DNA of 64,000 nucleotides, from contig NC_057717.1 in assembly GCF_004010195.1 (NCBI RefSeq), positions 106,391,127-106,455,126 of the forward strand, given 5' to 3'. The stretch comes from Chiloscyllium plagiosum. Its lineage: Eukaryota. The notes beneath the pieces were generated by a model. The model was not told where the DNA came from. It made no database searches and worked only from the letters and a program-made list of their open reading frames with translations. The translations under genes and the position numbers were made by a program. Positions within the stretch are counted from its first letter, which is position 1; each line of letters begins with the position of its first letter. Positions 1 through 11,560 of the stretch are shown one piece after another.

Positions 1-368
1 GGAAAGTTTCAGTCCAGCTCAGTGGGGAATGCCCCTCACTTTGCCGTTACCTGAGCCACTCATAACCGTGTCCATCTTTATTACCGAGGATTTCTACCGC
101 AGTATTCAATACTGAACGGAACAGACGGATTCTTTACATAGTGGACAATGACTGGTTCATGTCCAGGATTTGCTCCGTGTGTGTGTGTTGGGGCAGTTTG
201 AACAGACAGTTGGAATTGCTGCTCCCGGGATGGTACACCGGCAGCAACTCAGCACCGTCAGGTCTAACAGCACCGGAACAGCAGAAACCACACTGATACA
301 ACTGACTGAACTCAACGGAGCCCAGAGCTCTGCGATCTCTGCTCGAGGGACGGTGAAGAGAGTCGAGA

Positions 369-491
369 TTCTGGATTAGTGGTGCTGGAAGAGCACAGCA
401 GTTCAGGCAGCATCCGGTCCTCAGCTGTGCTCTTCCAACACCACTAATCTGGAATCAGGTTTCCAGCAACTGCAGTCATTGTTTTTACCTA
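369..491. mobile_element. Penelope-derived fold-back mini-insertion with 14-bp target duplication (copy at 1918-2040)
   Basis: Inverted arms gattagtggtgctggaagagcacagc / gctgtgctcttccaacaccactaatc; flanked by gaagagagtcgaga (355-368, 492-505). Confidence 0.8.
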
Positions 492-583
492 GAAGAGAGT
501 CGAGAGCCTGGGCTGGGTGTGGGGTTATAGAACCCCACTTCCAGCTAACCCATCAAACATTTCAGCGAACGTACGAAGCCTCA

Positions 584-1140
584 CAGCACCTCCACAGCAT
601 GGCTTACTAGTGTTGGAAACAGCTCCATCATAACCTCACTGCTCTTGTATTCAATGCCTTGAATAATAGAGGCAAGTATCCCATGTGCCTTCCTAACCAC
701 CTTATCTACCTGCCATGTGGCTTTCAAGGATTTAAGAACATCTGCACCAAGGTCCCTCGGATCCTCTGTATGTCGGGTCTGACCATTCACTTGCCTTGTT
801 AGTCTACCCAAAATGCATTAGCTCACCGTTTTCAGGATTACATTTCATTTGCCATTGTTCGGCCTGTTTTGGATCTTCTTTATTATACTGTAATCTAAGA
901 CTTTCCTGTTTATTATTTACCACACCACCAAACAAACATACTGATCATAACTTCTGCATTCATGTTTAGATCATCACCTTACACAACAAACAGCAAAGGA
1001 CCCAGCACCAGTTCCTGTAGAACCCCACTGGACACAGGTTTCCAGTCACTAAAATTCTTCAACCACCAGCTTCTCTTCTTATCACTGGCCGATTTTGGAG
1101 CCATTTGCCAAATTGCCCTGGATTCCGTGGGCTCTGATAT
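584..1140 (-). mobile_element. CR1 LINE RT fragment
   Basis: FSDWKPVSSGVLQELVLGPLLF and QVDKVVRKAHGILA in the ORF track. Confidence 0.85.
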
Positions 1141-1547
1141 TCTTGGGCAGGGTGTGAGCATTCTGAACCTCCAACCCTCTACACAAGCTTGATAGTTACT
1201 ACTGAACACTCTCTCTACCCGATAAACGCAACCACTGGGATGGCAAATGTCTCCATTTGTGATTTTAAAACCATGTTTTCCTGTTGTTTGAAAGTCTGAT
1301 ATTTCATTCTGTCTTGATCTCATGTGTACTTCCCAATCATTTATTTTCATTTGTCTAAAATGTTAATGAAAATGAAAAATCCCCTCTTGTTAAACTCTCG
1401 GGTGTAATTTCTGGTGAGGAGTGGTCTGTGGCTGTATTTGACTGAGATTAACTACATACCGTACTGGATGCCGTCACTGTTGCTGGAAAGTCCCCGGACT
1501 GTTCCGCGGACGGAGCGAGGTCACTCCAAGGACAGGAGAACATTCTT

Positions 1548-1584
1548 GGGGAAAGTTTCAGTCCAGCTCAGTGGGGAATGCCCC
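1548..1584. promoter_or_regulatory. Paired NF-kB-like sites in a CpG-richer intron-1 patch of A (the 1573-1584 site is duplicated at 24-35)
   Basis: GGGGAAAGTTTC at 1548-1559 and GGGGAATGCCCC at 1573-1584 (minus GGGGCATTCC = consensus); flank resembles 6683-6720 in intron 1 of B. Confidence 0.45.
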
Positions 1585-2395
1585 TCACTTTGCCGTTACC
1601 TGAGCCACTCATAACCGTGTCCATCTTTATTACCGAGGATTTCTACCGCAGTATTCAATACTGAACGGAACAGACGGATTCTTTACATAGTGGACAATGA
1701 CTGGTTCATGTCCAGGATTTGCTCCGTGTGTGTGTGTTGGGGCAGTTTGAACAGACAGTTGGAATTGCTGCTCCCGGGATGGTACACCGGCAGCAACTCA
1801 GCACCGTCAGGTCTAACAGCACCGGAACAGCAGAAACCACACTGATACAACTGACTGAACTCAACGGAGCCCAGAGCTCTGCGATCTCTGCTCGAGGGAC
1901 GGTGAAGAGAGTCGAGATTCTGGATTAGTGGTGCTGGAAGAGCACAGCAGTTCAGGCAGCATCCGGTCCTCAGCTGTGCTCTTCCAACACCACTAATCTG
2001 GAATCAGGTTTCCAGCAACTGCAGTCATTGTTTTTACCTAGAAGAGAGTCGAGAGCCTGGGCTGGGTGTGGGGTTATAGAACCCCACTTCCAGCTAACCC
2101 ATCAAACATTTCAGCGAACGTACGAAGCCTCATTTATCACAAAACAGGCTGAATCAGAGCAACACTCAATCCTGAATAACCATCTCTCTCTCCTTTTTGC
2201 TTCTAACACAGACCAGAAACGTGTCCAATAATGTTGTTCTTAATATTAACGAATAACAAGAAAATCAATCCTTCATTACAGTACAAGTACACACGAGAAA
2301 TGTCCGCATTTAAACATAACTGTACGCATCGTGAAGTGCAGCACAAATACACCCAGTAAACACTATCCACTGATTTTAAATATGTTTTTACCCAC

Positions 2396-2462
2396 TTGTC
2401 ACATAAGAAGTCACAGTGAAGAACTGCAGAAGTCCATGAGGTGAAAAGATCTGGAAGCTCAT
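2396..2462 (-). CDS. Probable signal-peptide exon of ICAM-like paralog A (gene continues left of the window)
   Basis: ATG at 2462; MSFQIFSPHGLLQFFTVTSYVT + A, donor |gtgggt. Same 67-nt length and phase as the B signal exon, preceded by a homologous promoter module. Confidence 0.6.
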
Positions 2463-2544
2463 GTCGCCAGAATATGGATGGGCTCTGCAATCTGTACTCG
2501 ACCTGACTAACTCAGCTCGATGTTAATGAAAATGACCTCTGTCC

Positions 2545-2598
2545 TTTCCCGGAAATTATTTAAAAAACAATGGCAAGAATTCCAGTGGAAAAATTCCA
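2545..2598 (-). promoter_or_regulatory. Paralog A promoter: GAS/STAT element plus two kB-like sites
   Basis: TTTCCCGGAAA at 2545-2555 (perfect GAS), GAATTCC at 2577-2583, GGAAAAATTCC at 2587-2597; 83-135 bp upstream of the ATG. Confidence 0.6.
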
Positions 2599-2674
2599 AC
2601 ATCTTGTTTCAACATTTGATATATTGCCATCTCCCAAATGTGGGAGGCATTCAATTCACAGCAGGCTGAGCCAG

Positions 2675-3085
2675 AGAGTCATAGAGATATACAGCTCGGA
2701 AACAGTCCCCTCGATCCCCCTTTGTCCATGCCGACCAGATATCCCAACCCAGTCTAGAACATAGAACAATGCAGCACAGGACAGGCCCTTCGGCCCACAA
2801 CGTTGTCTAGTCTCACATGCCATCTCCTGACCCATATCCCTCCAAACCCTTCCTATTCATTTACCCATCAAAATGCCTTTTAAATGTTGCAATTGTGCCA
2901 GCCTCCACCACTTCCTCTGGCAGCTCATTCCATACACGTACCACCCTGTGTGAAAAAGTTGCCCCTTAGGTCTCTTTTATATCTTTCCCCTCTCACCCTA
3001 AACCTATGCTCTCTAGTTCTGGACTCCCCCACCCCAGGGAAAAGACTTTGTCTATTTATCCTATCCATGCCCCTCATAATTTTAT
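2675..3085 (-). mobile_element. CR1 LINE 3' end
   Basis: YKIMRGMDR...SRTREHRFRVRGERYKRDLRGNFFTQ plus a ...tatgactct tail. Confidence 0.85.
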
Positions 3086-4129
3086 AGGAGAGCACTGAAC
3101 AGATCAGAAACATTCCCCAAAATTGTAAAATCAAGCCTATTCAGAGATCAAGATAAAAATAGCTCCATGTCTCTCTGCTTTCTGTCAAATGGAGAAGCAA
3201 GAAAAGCAAGTTCTTCACAACTGGGTTCCTGTTTATAACCAGACAGTTCAGCTTCGTCAGAAACAGAGAAAAGGACTGGAGTAGGCCATTCAGTCCTTCG
3301 AGCTTGCTTGTCCATCATTATGATCATGGCTGATCATCCAACTCAGTCCGCTGTTTCTGATTTCAGTGAGGTGGGAGCCGGGGCACCTTTGATCGCCTCA
3401 CTTTAGCTTTCAACAAGTGTAACCTGGTCTTGCCCACGAGGTCGCTAGGGTTGGCTGAGCTCCTTTCACTTGTTTTTTATGAAACTTTTCAAAAACTGGT
3501 GGAAATGACTTCAGCCAACCTGTGACTCCAGACCTCTAAAGACTTTCAGCATTCTGGGGGGTATCATTTATCAGAAACAGAACTGAACCATTCATACAAA
3601 CAGTGAGGCAGAAGAATAGATCAGAGGTTGGGGATTACTTGGTAAGTGACCCCAAGAATTGGTGACAAGAACATTTTTAGTGTCGCTGGAGCTTCAACAA
3701 CAGCTGATAGAGGCAAATGGTGAGTATTTGTTCTGGTTCCTTCCTGCTTCTGGAACAACCATGGGAGTCTGCAGATGAGATCCTCTGACCAGCCCTTACA
3801 GTCATATTATTTATGCACCAAAAGAGAAATTCCTGAGAAGCTCAGCAGGTCTGACAGCAGTTCGGTTTCTGTATAATGATGTGCTGCAAGCTGCCAATGA
3901 AACCACAATGCAGAAATGTAGTTAGTGAAGGATACAACCAGCTAGTCTTTAATGAAGCTTGTATTTATTTAGCATCAGATGTTACAAACATATCCCTCCA
4001 AACATGACAGCCACAATTTCAGAAGATATGTCTAATTTTCAAGATAAAGGTGAATCATCAACTATTGCCAAAAGCTGCAGACAATAAAATAAAATGCATA
4101 TATATTTAACAGACCATGGGAAATTCAAC

Positions 4130-4850
4130 AATGGTAATACCATTGGTTGTCAAGGGGGGATGGTTGGAGCTTCTGCTCTTGGAGATTGTCATTGCTTGGA
4201 GGTTTTGGGATGAATGTTACTCACCCACTATTAGTCTACTTTTCAATGTTGTCCAGACCTTGCAGCATGTGGTAATGATTGCTTCATTATTCAACTCTAT
4301 TCAGCACACGTTTTATCCCTTGACTCCCAGTCAATTCGAGCTTACTGATCACCTTGTTGGAAAACCTGGTCAAATGCTGCCTCGATGCGAAAGGAAGTCA
4401 TTTTCATCTGTCCTCTGGAGTTCAGCTTTTCTGTTCATGTTTGATCCAAGACTATAATGAGGTCTGTGGCTGAATGATCCTGGCAGAACCAAACCAAGAT
4501 GCAGCGTATAATTTGCTGGATAGGAAATGCTACTTCATAGCACCATCACTGGCACCTTTGATTATTTTGACCAAGATAATGGGGAAACTGATGGAGCAAG
4601 TGGACAAATCAGACTTGGTGTGCATTTTTAGAATAGGGCACAGATCATAATGTTCTACTTGGTCAGATGGGTGCCATTGTTGATACAAGTATTCAGCATG
4701 TTTATTGTTGCTGCGTTCTTTGTCCTCCACCATTTCTTGATGTCACATGGGGTGAATCGAATTGCCTGTGGACTCATAGGAAAAGGCTGAGCTGGATCCT
4801 TCACTTCACAATTTTGGCTGAAACACTGCATTTCCAAAGGGAAGGGATCG
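4130..4850 (-). mobile_element. Old degenerate CR1/L2-group LINE fragments
   Basis: Decayed RT-linker-like peptides (QAIRFTPCDIKKW) with many stops. Confidence 0.5.
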
Positions 4851-4884
4851 GCATCTTCACTGCTTTACTTTTATGTGTTCATGG

Positions 4885-5195
4885 GATGTGGCATTGTTGG
4901 TTCGCGGTTGTTGCTCATCCTTAATCTCCCAGAGGGCAGATAAGAAACAATTGCTTTGCTGTGGGCTTGGAGTCCCATGTGGACCAGACCAGGTAAGGAT
5001 GGCAAATATGCTCCCAGAAAGAGCATTAGTGAACCAAGTAGGTTTAATTTCAATGTTTGCCATCAGGCTAATTTGCTATACCAGACTTTTATTAATTTCA
5101 AATTTCCCAACATTCTTGGTGGGATTTGAACCCATGTCTCAGATCATTAGCCTCGTTTCTAAATTACTAGTCTAGTGATGTTACCACTAAGTCAT
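4885..5195 (-). mobile_element. tRNA-derived SINE (related copies ~5395-5505 and ~32070-32380)
   Basis: Minus-strand A box (TAGTGG) and B box (GGTTCAAATCC); shared body ...ccagaccaggtaaggatggca...cattagtgaacca in three places. Confidence 0.7.
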
Positions 5196-5884
5196 CATCT
5201 CTAAAATAATTCCAAGGCCAGTTCAATGATAAACAATGAAATAGTGGGATATGGTCTTCATGCAATAATCTCTTAGATCTGCTTTACCAACAATCAATGA
5301 CTGCTCATTAACACATCAGGATGAAACTGTGTTTGTGTGTTAATCTATTTCACTCCTCCATGTTATTCATTCTTAAAATTCCTGACCAGCAGTTAAGAAT
5401 TAACCACATTGCTGTGGGTCTGGAGTCCCAGGTAGGCCAGACTAATTAAGGAAGTCAGTTATCCTCTCAGAAAGGACACTAGTGAACCAAATGAGATCTT
5501 CTGACAGCATTTTTCCCCAATTAAACCAGTACCAAACTACACGAAATCCAACAGGTTCCATTTATCATCACTAAGACTATCCCGAGCCACTGTATTTCTT
5601 TAATAGAACATAGACTGTACAGCAGAGGAACAGGCTCTTCAGTACACCATGTTGTACCGAACATGACTGAAATCCCTTCTGCCTGCCCTTGGTCCATATC
5701 CCTCCATTTGTTGTATATTTATGTGCTGATCTAAAAGTCCCTTAAATGCCCCTAGTGTATCTGCTTCCACCACCACCCCTGGCAGCACGTTCTGGAATCC
5801 TACCAGACACTGTGTAAAAATCTTACCCCTCGTATCTCCTTTGAACCTGACCCCTTTCATGCCGGATCTAGAGTTTTCACTTAC

Positions 5885-6100
5885 TGTATATTAGACATCA
5901 ACTGTCTTCTTCCTCCTAGAATCTTCTGCTTGACGTATCACAGAACATGCAGTTGTAAAATCCTACTTCTGGATAACTTGGGAAATAGTTATCATATCAA
6001 GTACTGCCCTTTGTTCTGTTAGGATTTATCCTTGATTTATATTCTATAGTAATTGTTGATTCTGGACATGCTGTGCTGCAGTTTATTCTGATGGAGCCCC
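5885..6100 (-). pseudogene. Second, 5'-truncated, decayed D1 exon copy (tandem duplicate)
   Basis: GSIRINCSTACPESTITIEYKSRINPNRTKGST*YDNYFP with stops and a frameshift; keeps the |gtaagt donor. Downstream intron (5521-5604, 5859-5884) matches 6137-6244. Confidence 0.85.
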
Positions 6101-6244
6101 AGTCTGTTTTCTTCCACTCTGAAGAATCATTCCTTATTAAGCCAGTATCAACCTACACTAAATCAGACAGGTTCCACTTACCATCAGCAATGCCATCCCA
6201 TGCTGCTGTATTTCTTTAATGCCAGGTCTTGAGTTTATACTTAC

Positions 6245-6514
6245 TGTACACTGTGACATACTCTTTCACATCCTTTAGCTGAGGATCCAGACATTTCACA
6301 GAACATGCTGGTGTTAAATCTCACTGCTGGGCACTTGGGAAATAGTTATGGTACCAAGTAATGCCCTTTGTTCTAACGAAGTTTACTCCTGCTTTATGTT
6401 CCATATTTATTGTTAGTTTTGGACATGTTGTGCTGCAGTTCATCTCGATGGAACCTCCAAATTCCACGGCTGGGGGGTTTACATCGATTGAAACTTCAAA
6501 TCCAGTTACAGTGG
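6245..6514 (-). pseudogene. ICAM-like paralog B, D1 exon with one premature stop
   Basis: ttggcag| and |gtaagt, 270 nt. NCSTTC...NMEHKAG...FPSAQQ*DLTPACSVKC...TVY; TGA at 6321-6323 replaces the Trp seen in gene D (TAWDIS). Confidence 0.85.
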
Positions 6515-7003
6515 CTGCCAAGAAAACAAACCACAGGAGTAAACACAAGATAAGGACTCATCAATTAACTCCCCGAACTAACAGATTCAATTTGAAACTG
6601 GACTCAACTCCGTTTGTCTCAGCATAGTTACTGCTCGGTCTGCTGTTTCTCCAGCATTTTCGGTTTTTATTTTAGACCAGTACCTTGGATAGGAAGAAGA
6701 ATTTCGTTGGGAAAATTGCCTGGGACGGATCCCCATAGTAAAGGATCATCGCCCGCACTGCTGCCCCAACACGTCGCTTGTCCTTCACTTGACACGGGAC
6801 AGAGATTTGGCCACTACTCTCAAGAGTTTGCCGCCGAAGCGCTTGTCCCATTTGTAGCAGGCAACACGGCCGCAGTTGAGGCTACCGCACAAGTTAAATC
6901 GACACCGAGCAGGATTTTCTCGGTCTTTATCTCAACTTTCAACACAACCCATCATTATCATCTCCAAAATAAAATGTGCCAACGTTCAATTAAAATATTA
7001 TCA

Positions 7004-7020
7004 GGAAACCGGAAAGCCCC
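7004..7020 (-). promoter_or_regulatory. NF-kB site (GGGGCTTTCC) overlapping a GAAA-N3-GAAA motif in intron 1 of B
   Basis: Plus strand ggaaaccggaaagcccc; minus GGGGCTTTCC matches GGGRNWYYCC. Confidence 0.45.
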
Positions 7021-7098
7021 CGCCAGAGTGAGTTATGAGGTCTGGACCCACATTGGACAAAATAGTAATCCGAATTTACTTTGTTTCCTTTACCTCAC

Positions 7099-7165
7099 CT
7101 GTTATACTGAAAATTAACACGGAGAAGTAAATACCCTCAACCGATGATTTCCTCCTAAAATCCAT
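7099..7165 (-). CDS. ICAM-like paralog B, signal-peptide exon
   Basis: ATG at 7165; MDFRRKSSVEGIYFSVLIFSIT + G, donor |gtgagg, phase 1; joins in frame to the D1 exon (ATVTG/FEVSID). Confidence 0.8.
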
Positions 7166-7270
7166 AATTGTGGAGTTTGAGCAGAAGGCCCTTCACTGTT
7201 CTAAGCTGGAATCAGAAGCTGAACTGTGCTTCCTGGCTTTTCTAGAGATTCCGCTACTTTAAGACCCACA

Positions 7271-7338
7271 TCCTTTCCGGGACATTATGGAGATATTTAT
7301 TTTAGGCGATGATATGATGAAATTCCAAGAGTAATTCC
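7271..7338 (-). promoter_or_regulatory. Paralog B promoter: degenerate GAS plus two kB-like sites
   Basis: tcctttccgggacattat aligns with A's tcctttcccggaaattat; GAAATTCC at 7319-7326 and AATTCC at 7333-7338 at similar spacing. Confidence 0.5.
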
Positions 7339-8179
7339 TTTTCATTTTAATGTTTCACGTACTAACTTGGCTTTTTGAACGCCTTTGTCCATCCAATGTC
7401 CCACCTATGCGGATCAAAGACACAAAAGAATGTGTTTCTGTACCAGCTGCCTTTAAGACCCTCTGGGATTCAGGCTGCTCATTCTGAGATCCTTTCCAGA
7501 TGGATAGTCGCCATTAATGCTGGTAATGAGCTGGGATTCGTGGGCCAGGCTCAGTGGAAAGTTGTACTGGGGGCGTCCTGCCATTCTCTTAACAGTACCC
7601 AACTTAGAAACCTTGCTGTCAAGATGCAAGGCAGTAGGTAAGCCATAAATCAATACTTATTAATATTCTGGAAACCTAATAATCAAAGCAAACACATTAA
7701 CAAAAAACAAACTGTCCTTGAAAGAGACTGTACCACAAAAAATCAGATTCTTGAGGAAACTTACATTTCAAACGAAAAGGTTGCTTGGTGGAGACAATGT
7801 ACTGCCAACCATGTGTTGCGCATGAGCCACAGAAGGCCTCAAACACACTGTTAAGCATTTCCTTCCCCTCTCCAGGGCCATCCAACCTAATGCCATTAGT
7901 TATCATGGTCATCACAGACATGGTGGGCCAAAAGGCCTGATGTGTGCTGTACTTTTCTTTGTTCTATGAGTGCAGCTGCTCAAAAGAGGTAGGCCGTCAG
8001 GTCAATAGCTGCTTTGACTGTTTGCGACCTGTACTGGTTAATGATTATCTTTACCAAGCTTCTGAGGGAGGTTTTGGTGCAAATGTGAAATTCTGTACAA
8101 ACAGAGGGCACATAAGAAGGGTGTTCACCACACATGTGAACTGCTTCGCTGTCATGGATGCCAACAGTGATAAACATCA

Positions 8180-8816
8180 AACTTTTCTGGCTAGGGCTGA
8201 ACTGACAGCTAGACTACTGCAACCACTAGGACTCATAACAGCACACAAACCAACAGCCACTCTCAGACAACAACTCACCAGGACAAAGGACCCGATACTC
8301 AGTATGAGCAAAACCAATGTAGTGTACAAAATCCCATGCAAGGACTGCACAAAACACTATATAGGACAAACAGGAAGACAGCTAACGATCCGCATCCATG
8401 AACACCAACTAGCTACGAAACGACTTGACTGGCTATCCTTAGTAGCCACACACTCAGATGACAAGCAACATGGGTTCGACTGAGACAACACTACTATTAT
8501 AGGACAAGCCAAACAGAGAACAGCCAGGGAATTCCAAGAGGTATGGCATTCATCCACAGATTCAATCAATAAGCACATCGACCTGGACCCAATATACCGG
8601 CCACTGCAGCGGACAGCTGGAACTGACAATCGGAAAAGGCAGATACAAATCACTATAAATGCCGGAGGAAACATCACAGAAGCGCTTCACAGGAGGCTCC
8701 CAAGCACTGAGGATGTCACCTAGACAGGGGATGAAACGTCTGCAACACAAATTCCCAGCTCGGCGAACAGAACCACAACAACGAGCACCCGAGCTACAAA
8801 TCTTCTCCCAAACTTT
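8180..8816 (+). mobile_element. Penelope-like element 3' part (GIY-YIG endonuclease + terminal repeat)
   Basis: NVVYKIPCKDCTKHYIGQTGRQLTIRIHEH; the same terminus occurs inverted at ~19272-19540. Confidence 0.9.
8704..8743 (+). ncRNA. Minimal type I hammerhead ribozyme motif in a PLE terminus
   Basis: GCA-CTGAGGA-tgtcacc tagaca ggggat-GAAA-CGTC-TGC: conserved core, stem I GCA/TGC, GUC cleavage triplet. Confidence 0.7.
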
Positions 8817-9302
8817 GAAGGGATGGCATTGGCCAGAACATTACTTCCACAGACAGAGTGCATGAGTTCTTTTGGTGTCATCCAGCCTGCTGTCTCCATG
8901 CCACCTCAATCTATATTGTCGTGAGATGCATATTTCTGAGCTGGGGATCCCAATTGTGAGTCACAATTGAAACAGTGCATCTGAGGGAAGAAATTAATCT
9001 CTTGTATCTATCATTTAAGAGGGAGCTTGACATGAAGACATTGCTGCAGAGTCTGAAGACAGAATGTCGTAACCATGCTGCAAAATCATACCAGTATCTG
9101 ATGACCCTTTCTAGTTGGGAGATATAGTACTTTTTCAGTGAACCCAGTGCTCAACAGCAGTAGCAGTTGGAGCAGTCCTGTCCAGCACCCAACATAAATG
9201 ATGACTTTGACCTGTGTTTCTTGCCAGATGGCACCTGTCTCCTCTGGCAATGGAACCCATTTACCACTTAGTGACCAGGAATTGGAATATTTTCCTCTAA
9301 GA

Positions 9303-10270
9303 TCATAAGACATGGGAGTGGAAGTAGGCCAATAGGCTCAAGTCTGCTCTGCCATTCAGTGAGGCCGTGGTTGATCTGATAATCCTCAACTTCACTTTCC
9401 TGCCTTTTCTTCCTAATTCTTGATTCTCTTACTGGTTGAAAATCTGAGTATGTCAGCCTTGAATTCACTTGGTAATCTCTGCACTCAAGAATTCCAGAGA
9501 TTCAGCACTGTTTCTATGTAAATAATATTCAGATTTTCTTATTGCCAAATGCAGAGCCTCACATTTCCTGCCTTACATTACATCTGCTGGGATTTTGCCT
9601 ACTCACAGTGTATTTCCCTGTCTCTAACCATCTGTAGGCTTTTTGTGTCATCCTAACTGCTTGTTTTCTAAGTTATTTTGTGTCATCCACAATAGTACAT
9701 TCAGTCTAATTTCCAAGTAATTAATAGCTACTGTAAATAATTGTGGATCCAGCACAGAGCCTTGTAGCACTCTACTAGTTACAGATTGCCATCTTGAAAA
9801 TGATCCTTTGTCCCAACTCTATCTTCTATTAGTTAGTCAATCCTCATCCATGTTAATATCCTACACTCACCCTCTAGGGGTCTTTATTTATTAAGAAGCC
9901 TAACATGTGGTACTTTATCAAATTATTTTTTAAATCCAAGTATATTATGTTCAATGAATCCCCTTAATGAAATCCTGCTGACTCTGCTTGGTTTCATTAT
10001 GTATTTCAAAATACTCTACTATTACATCCTTTCTTATGAACATCTAACCAATGACAGATGTTAACTAGCCAATAGTTACTGGTTTAAATCTCCCTTTGTT
10101 TTTGAATGAGCATGTTACATTGGCTGTTTTCCAATTCTCTGGATCATTTCCTGGAAGATTACTACCATTGTACCCACCACCTCTGGAGCTACCAGAAGTC
10201 CAGACATCAAGTCACACTCCAATTGGATCTTGAGCAATAGAACTTGGATATATCTTCCATCTAGTCCATT
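9303..10270 (-). mobile_element. Degenerate CR1 LINE (RT to 3' end)
   Basis: Decayed RT motifs and a CR1-type 3' tail on the minus strand. Confidence 0.7.
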
Positions 10271-10734
10271 TTCTAACACTTTAGATTTCATTGAACTCTG
10301 TGGAGAGAAAAGTAAATCTTTATCCAGCAAAAGACTTTGGAAAACCTCTGCATCCTTTAGATGCTTCCTTTGAAGAGAAAGGGGTTATCTTCCCTTTAGA
10401 TAAAAATCTTTGATATTTCTAATCTACCTGATATTCTTCAACACTGACAGCAGCATCCACATCCTGTCTCTTAGTTGTGGTTAAAGTTACAATCTGATCT
10501 CTGGCCTTTTCCTTCTAACTCATTTTTAGACTTATTCTTACAAACTTCATTAAGACCCATGGGTCTCCCTTTCAACCTCCAGCATTCAGAACAAATGTGT
10601 CCCAATTTGTAACAATGGAAACACCTTCCAAATGTTCACCTCCATCCTCAGTACTTTCTATTCTTCTCCAATGAGGAGACCGTGGGGCATTCCCAGTTTT
10701 CCATTCCTTATCTTGGCTACTTGTCTTCCTTTCA

Positions 10735-11560
10735 AATTGCATTGAATTCATTGAATTGATTGTCATATGTACTGAAGTGCAGTTTACGAGCAGTACAGGC
10801 AGATCACAGTAAGCAAGGATGTACAGATTAAAAATACTTAGACAGAGGCATGCAGGTTACATTGCTTATTGAGACGAGAGAGTCCATTCATCAGTCTAAT
10901 AACAGCTGGGAAGAAGCTGTGCCTGGACCTACTGATATGTGTGTTCAGTCTTCTACACCTTCTGCCTGATGGAAGAGGTTGTCGGAAGTCATTACTGGGG
11001 TGCAATGGGACTTAGATTATGTGTAGCAGCCTTTCTGCGGCAGCGAGCTGTGTAAATGGAGTCCCTAGATGGAAGGTTGATTTCCATGATGGTCTGGGCT
11101 GTGCATACCACCTTCTATAGTTTCCTATAACCCTGGGCAGAGCAGTTGCCATACCAGGCCATTGTGCGCCTGATCAGCTTGCTCTCAATAGTGCATCTGT
11201 AGAAGTTGGTGAGGGTCCTTATGGACATGACTAATTTCCTGAGTCAGCTGAGCAGGAAGAGGCATTGTTGTGCCTTCTTGAATGTCACATTGATGTGGGA
11301 AATCCAGGACAGACTGTTGGTTATCGTCACTCCAAGAAACTTGACACTCTCAACCATCTCAACCTCAGTTCTGGTGATGTACATGGGGGTATGTTCTCCT
11401 TTTTTCCTGAAGTCGATGATCAGTTCTTCAGTTTTGCAGTTCTTCAGATATTGAGAGAGAGGTTGTTCTTATTGCACCATGTCACCAAGCCCTCTTCCTC
11501 CTTTCTGTATTTTGACTCGTCTTTGTTCAATATCTGCCCCACTGTGGTAGTGTCATCAGC
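10735..11560 (-). mobile_element. Rex/Babar-type LINE 3' fragment
   Basis: Minus-strand translation TLTNFYRCTIES...WYGNC, characteristic of the Rex1/Babar RT C-terminus. Confidence 0.7.

Larger units (their letters stand above)
1..2132. repeat. Direct duplication: 1-583 = 1550-2132 (offset 1549)
   Basis: Sequences read identical, including the same 69-aa ORF at 170 and 1719; they diverge after ...gtacgaagcctca. Confidence 0.95.

Noticed and set aside
170-379. 69-aa plus-strand ORF present twice (170, 1719)
   Set aside because: Non-ATG start, no recognisable domain, runs into a PLE insertion; duplicated only because the DNA is.
3360-3900. Possible missing D2 exon of B or plus-strand exons (donor-like sites near 3642 and 3720)
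   Set aside because: No Ig-like translation or consistent reading frame found.
6684-6749. Alternative coding first exon for B (MILYYGDP... or MGIRP...)
   Set aside because: ATG frames end in phase 0 or 2, incompatible with the phase-1 D1 exon; 7099-7165 fits.
6614-7117. 167-aa plus-strand ORF
   Set aside because: Antisense to intron 1/exon 1 of B, no ATG start or motifs.
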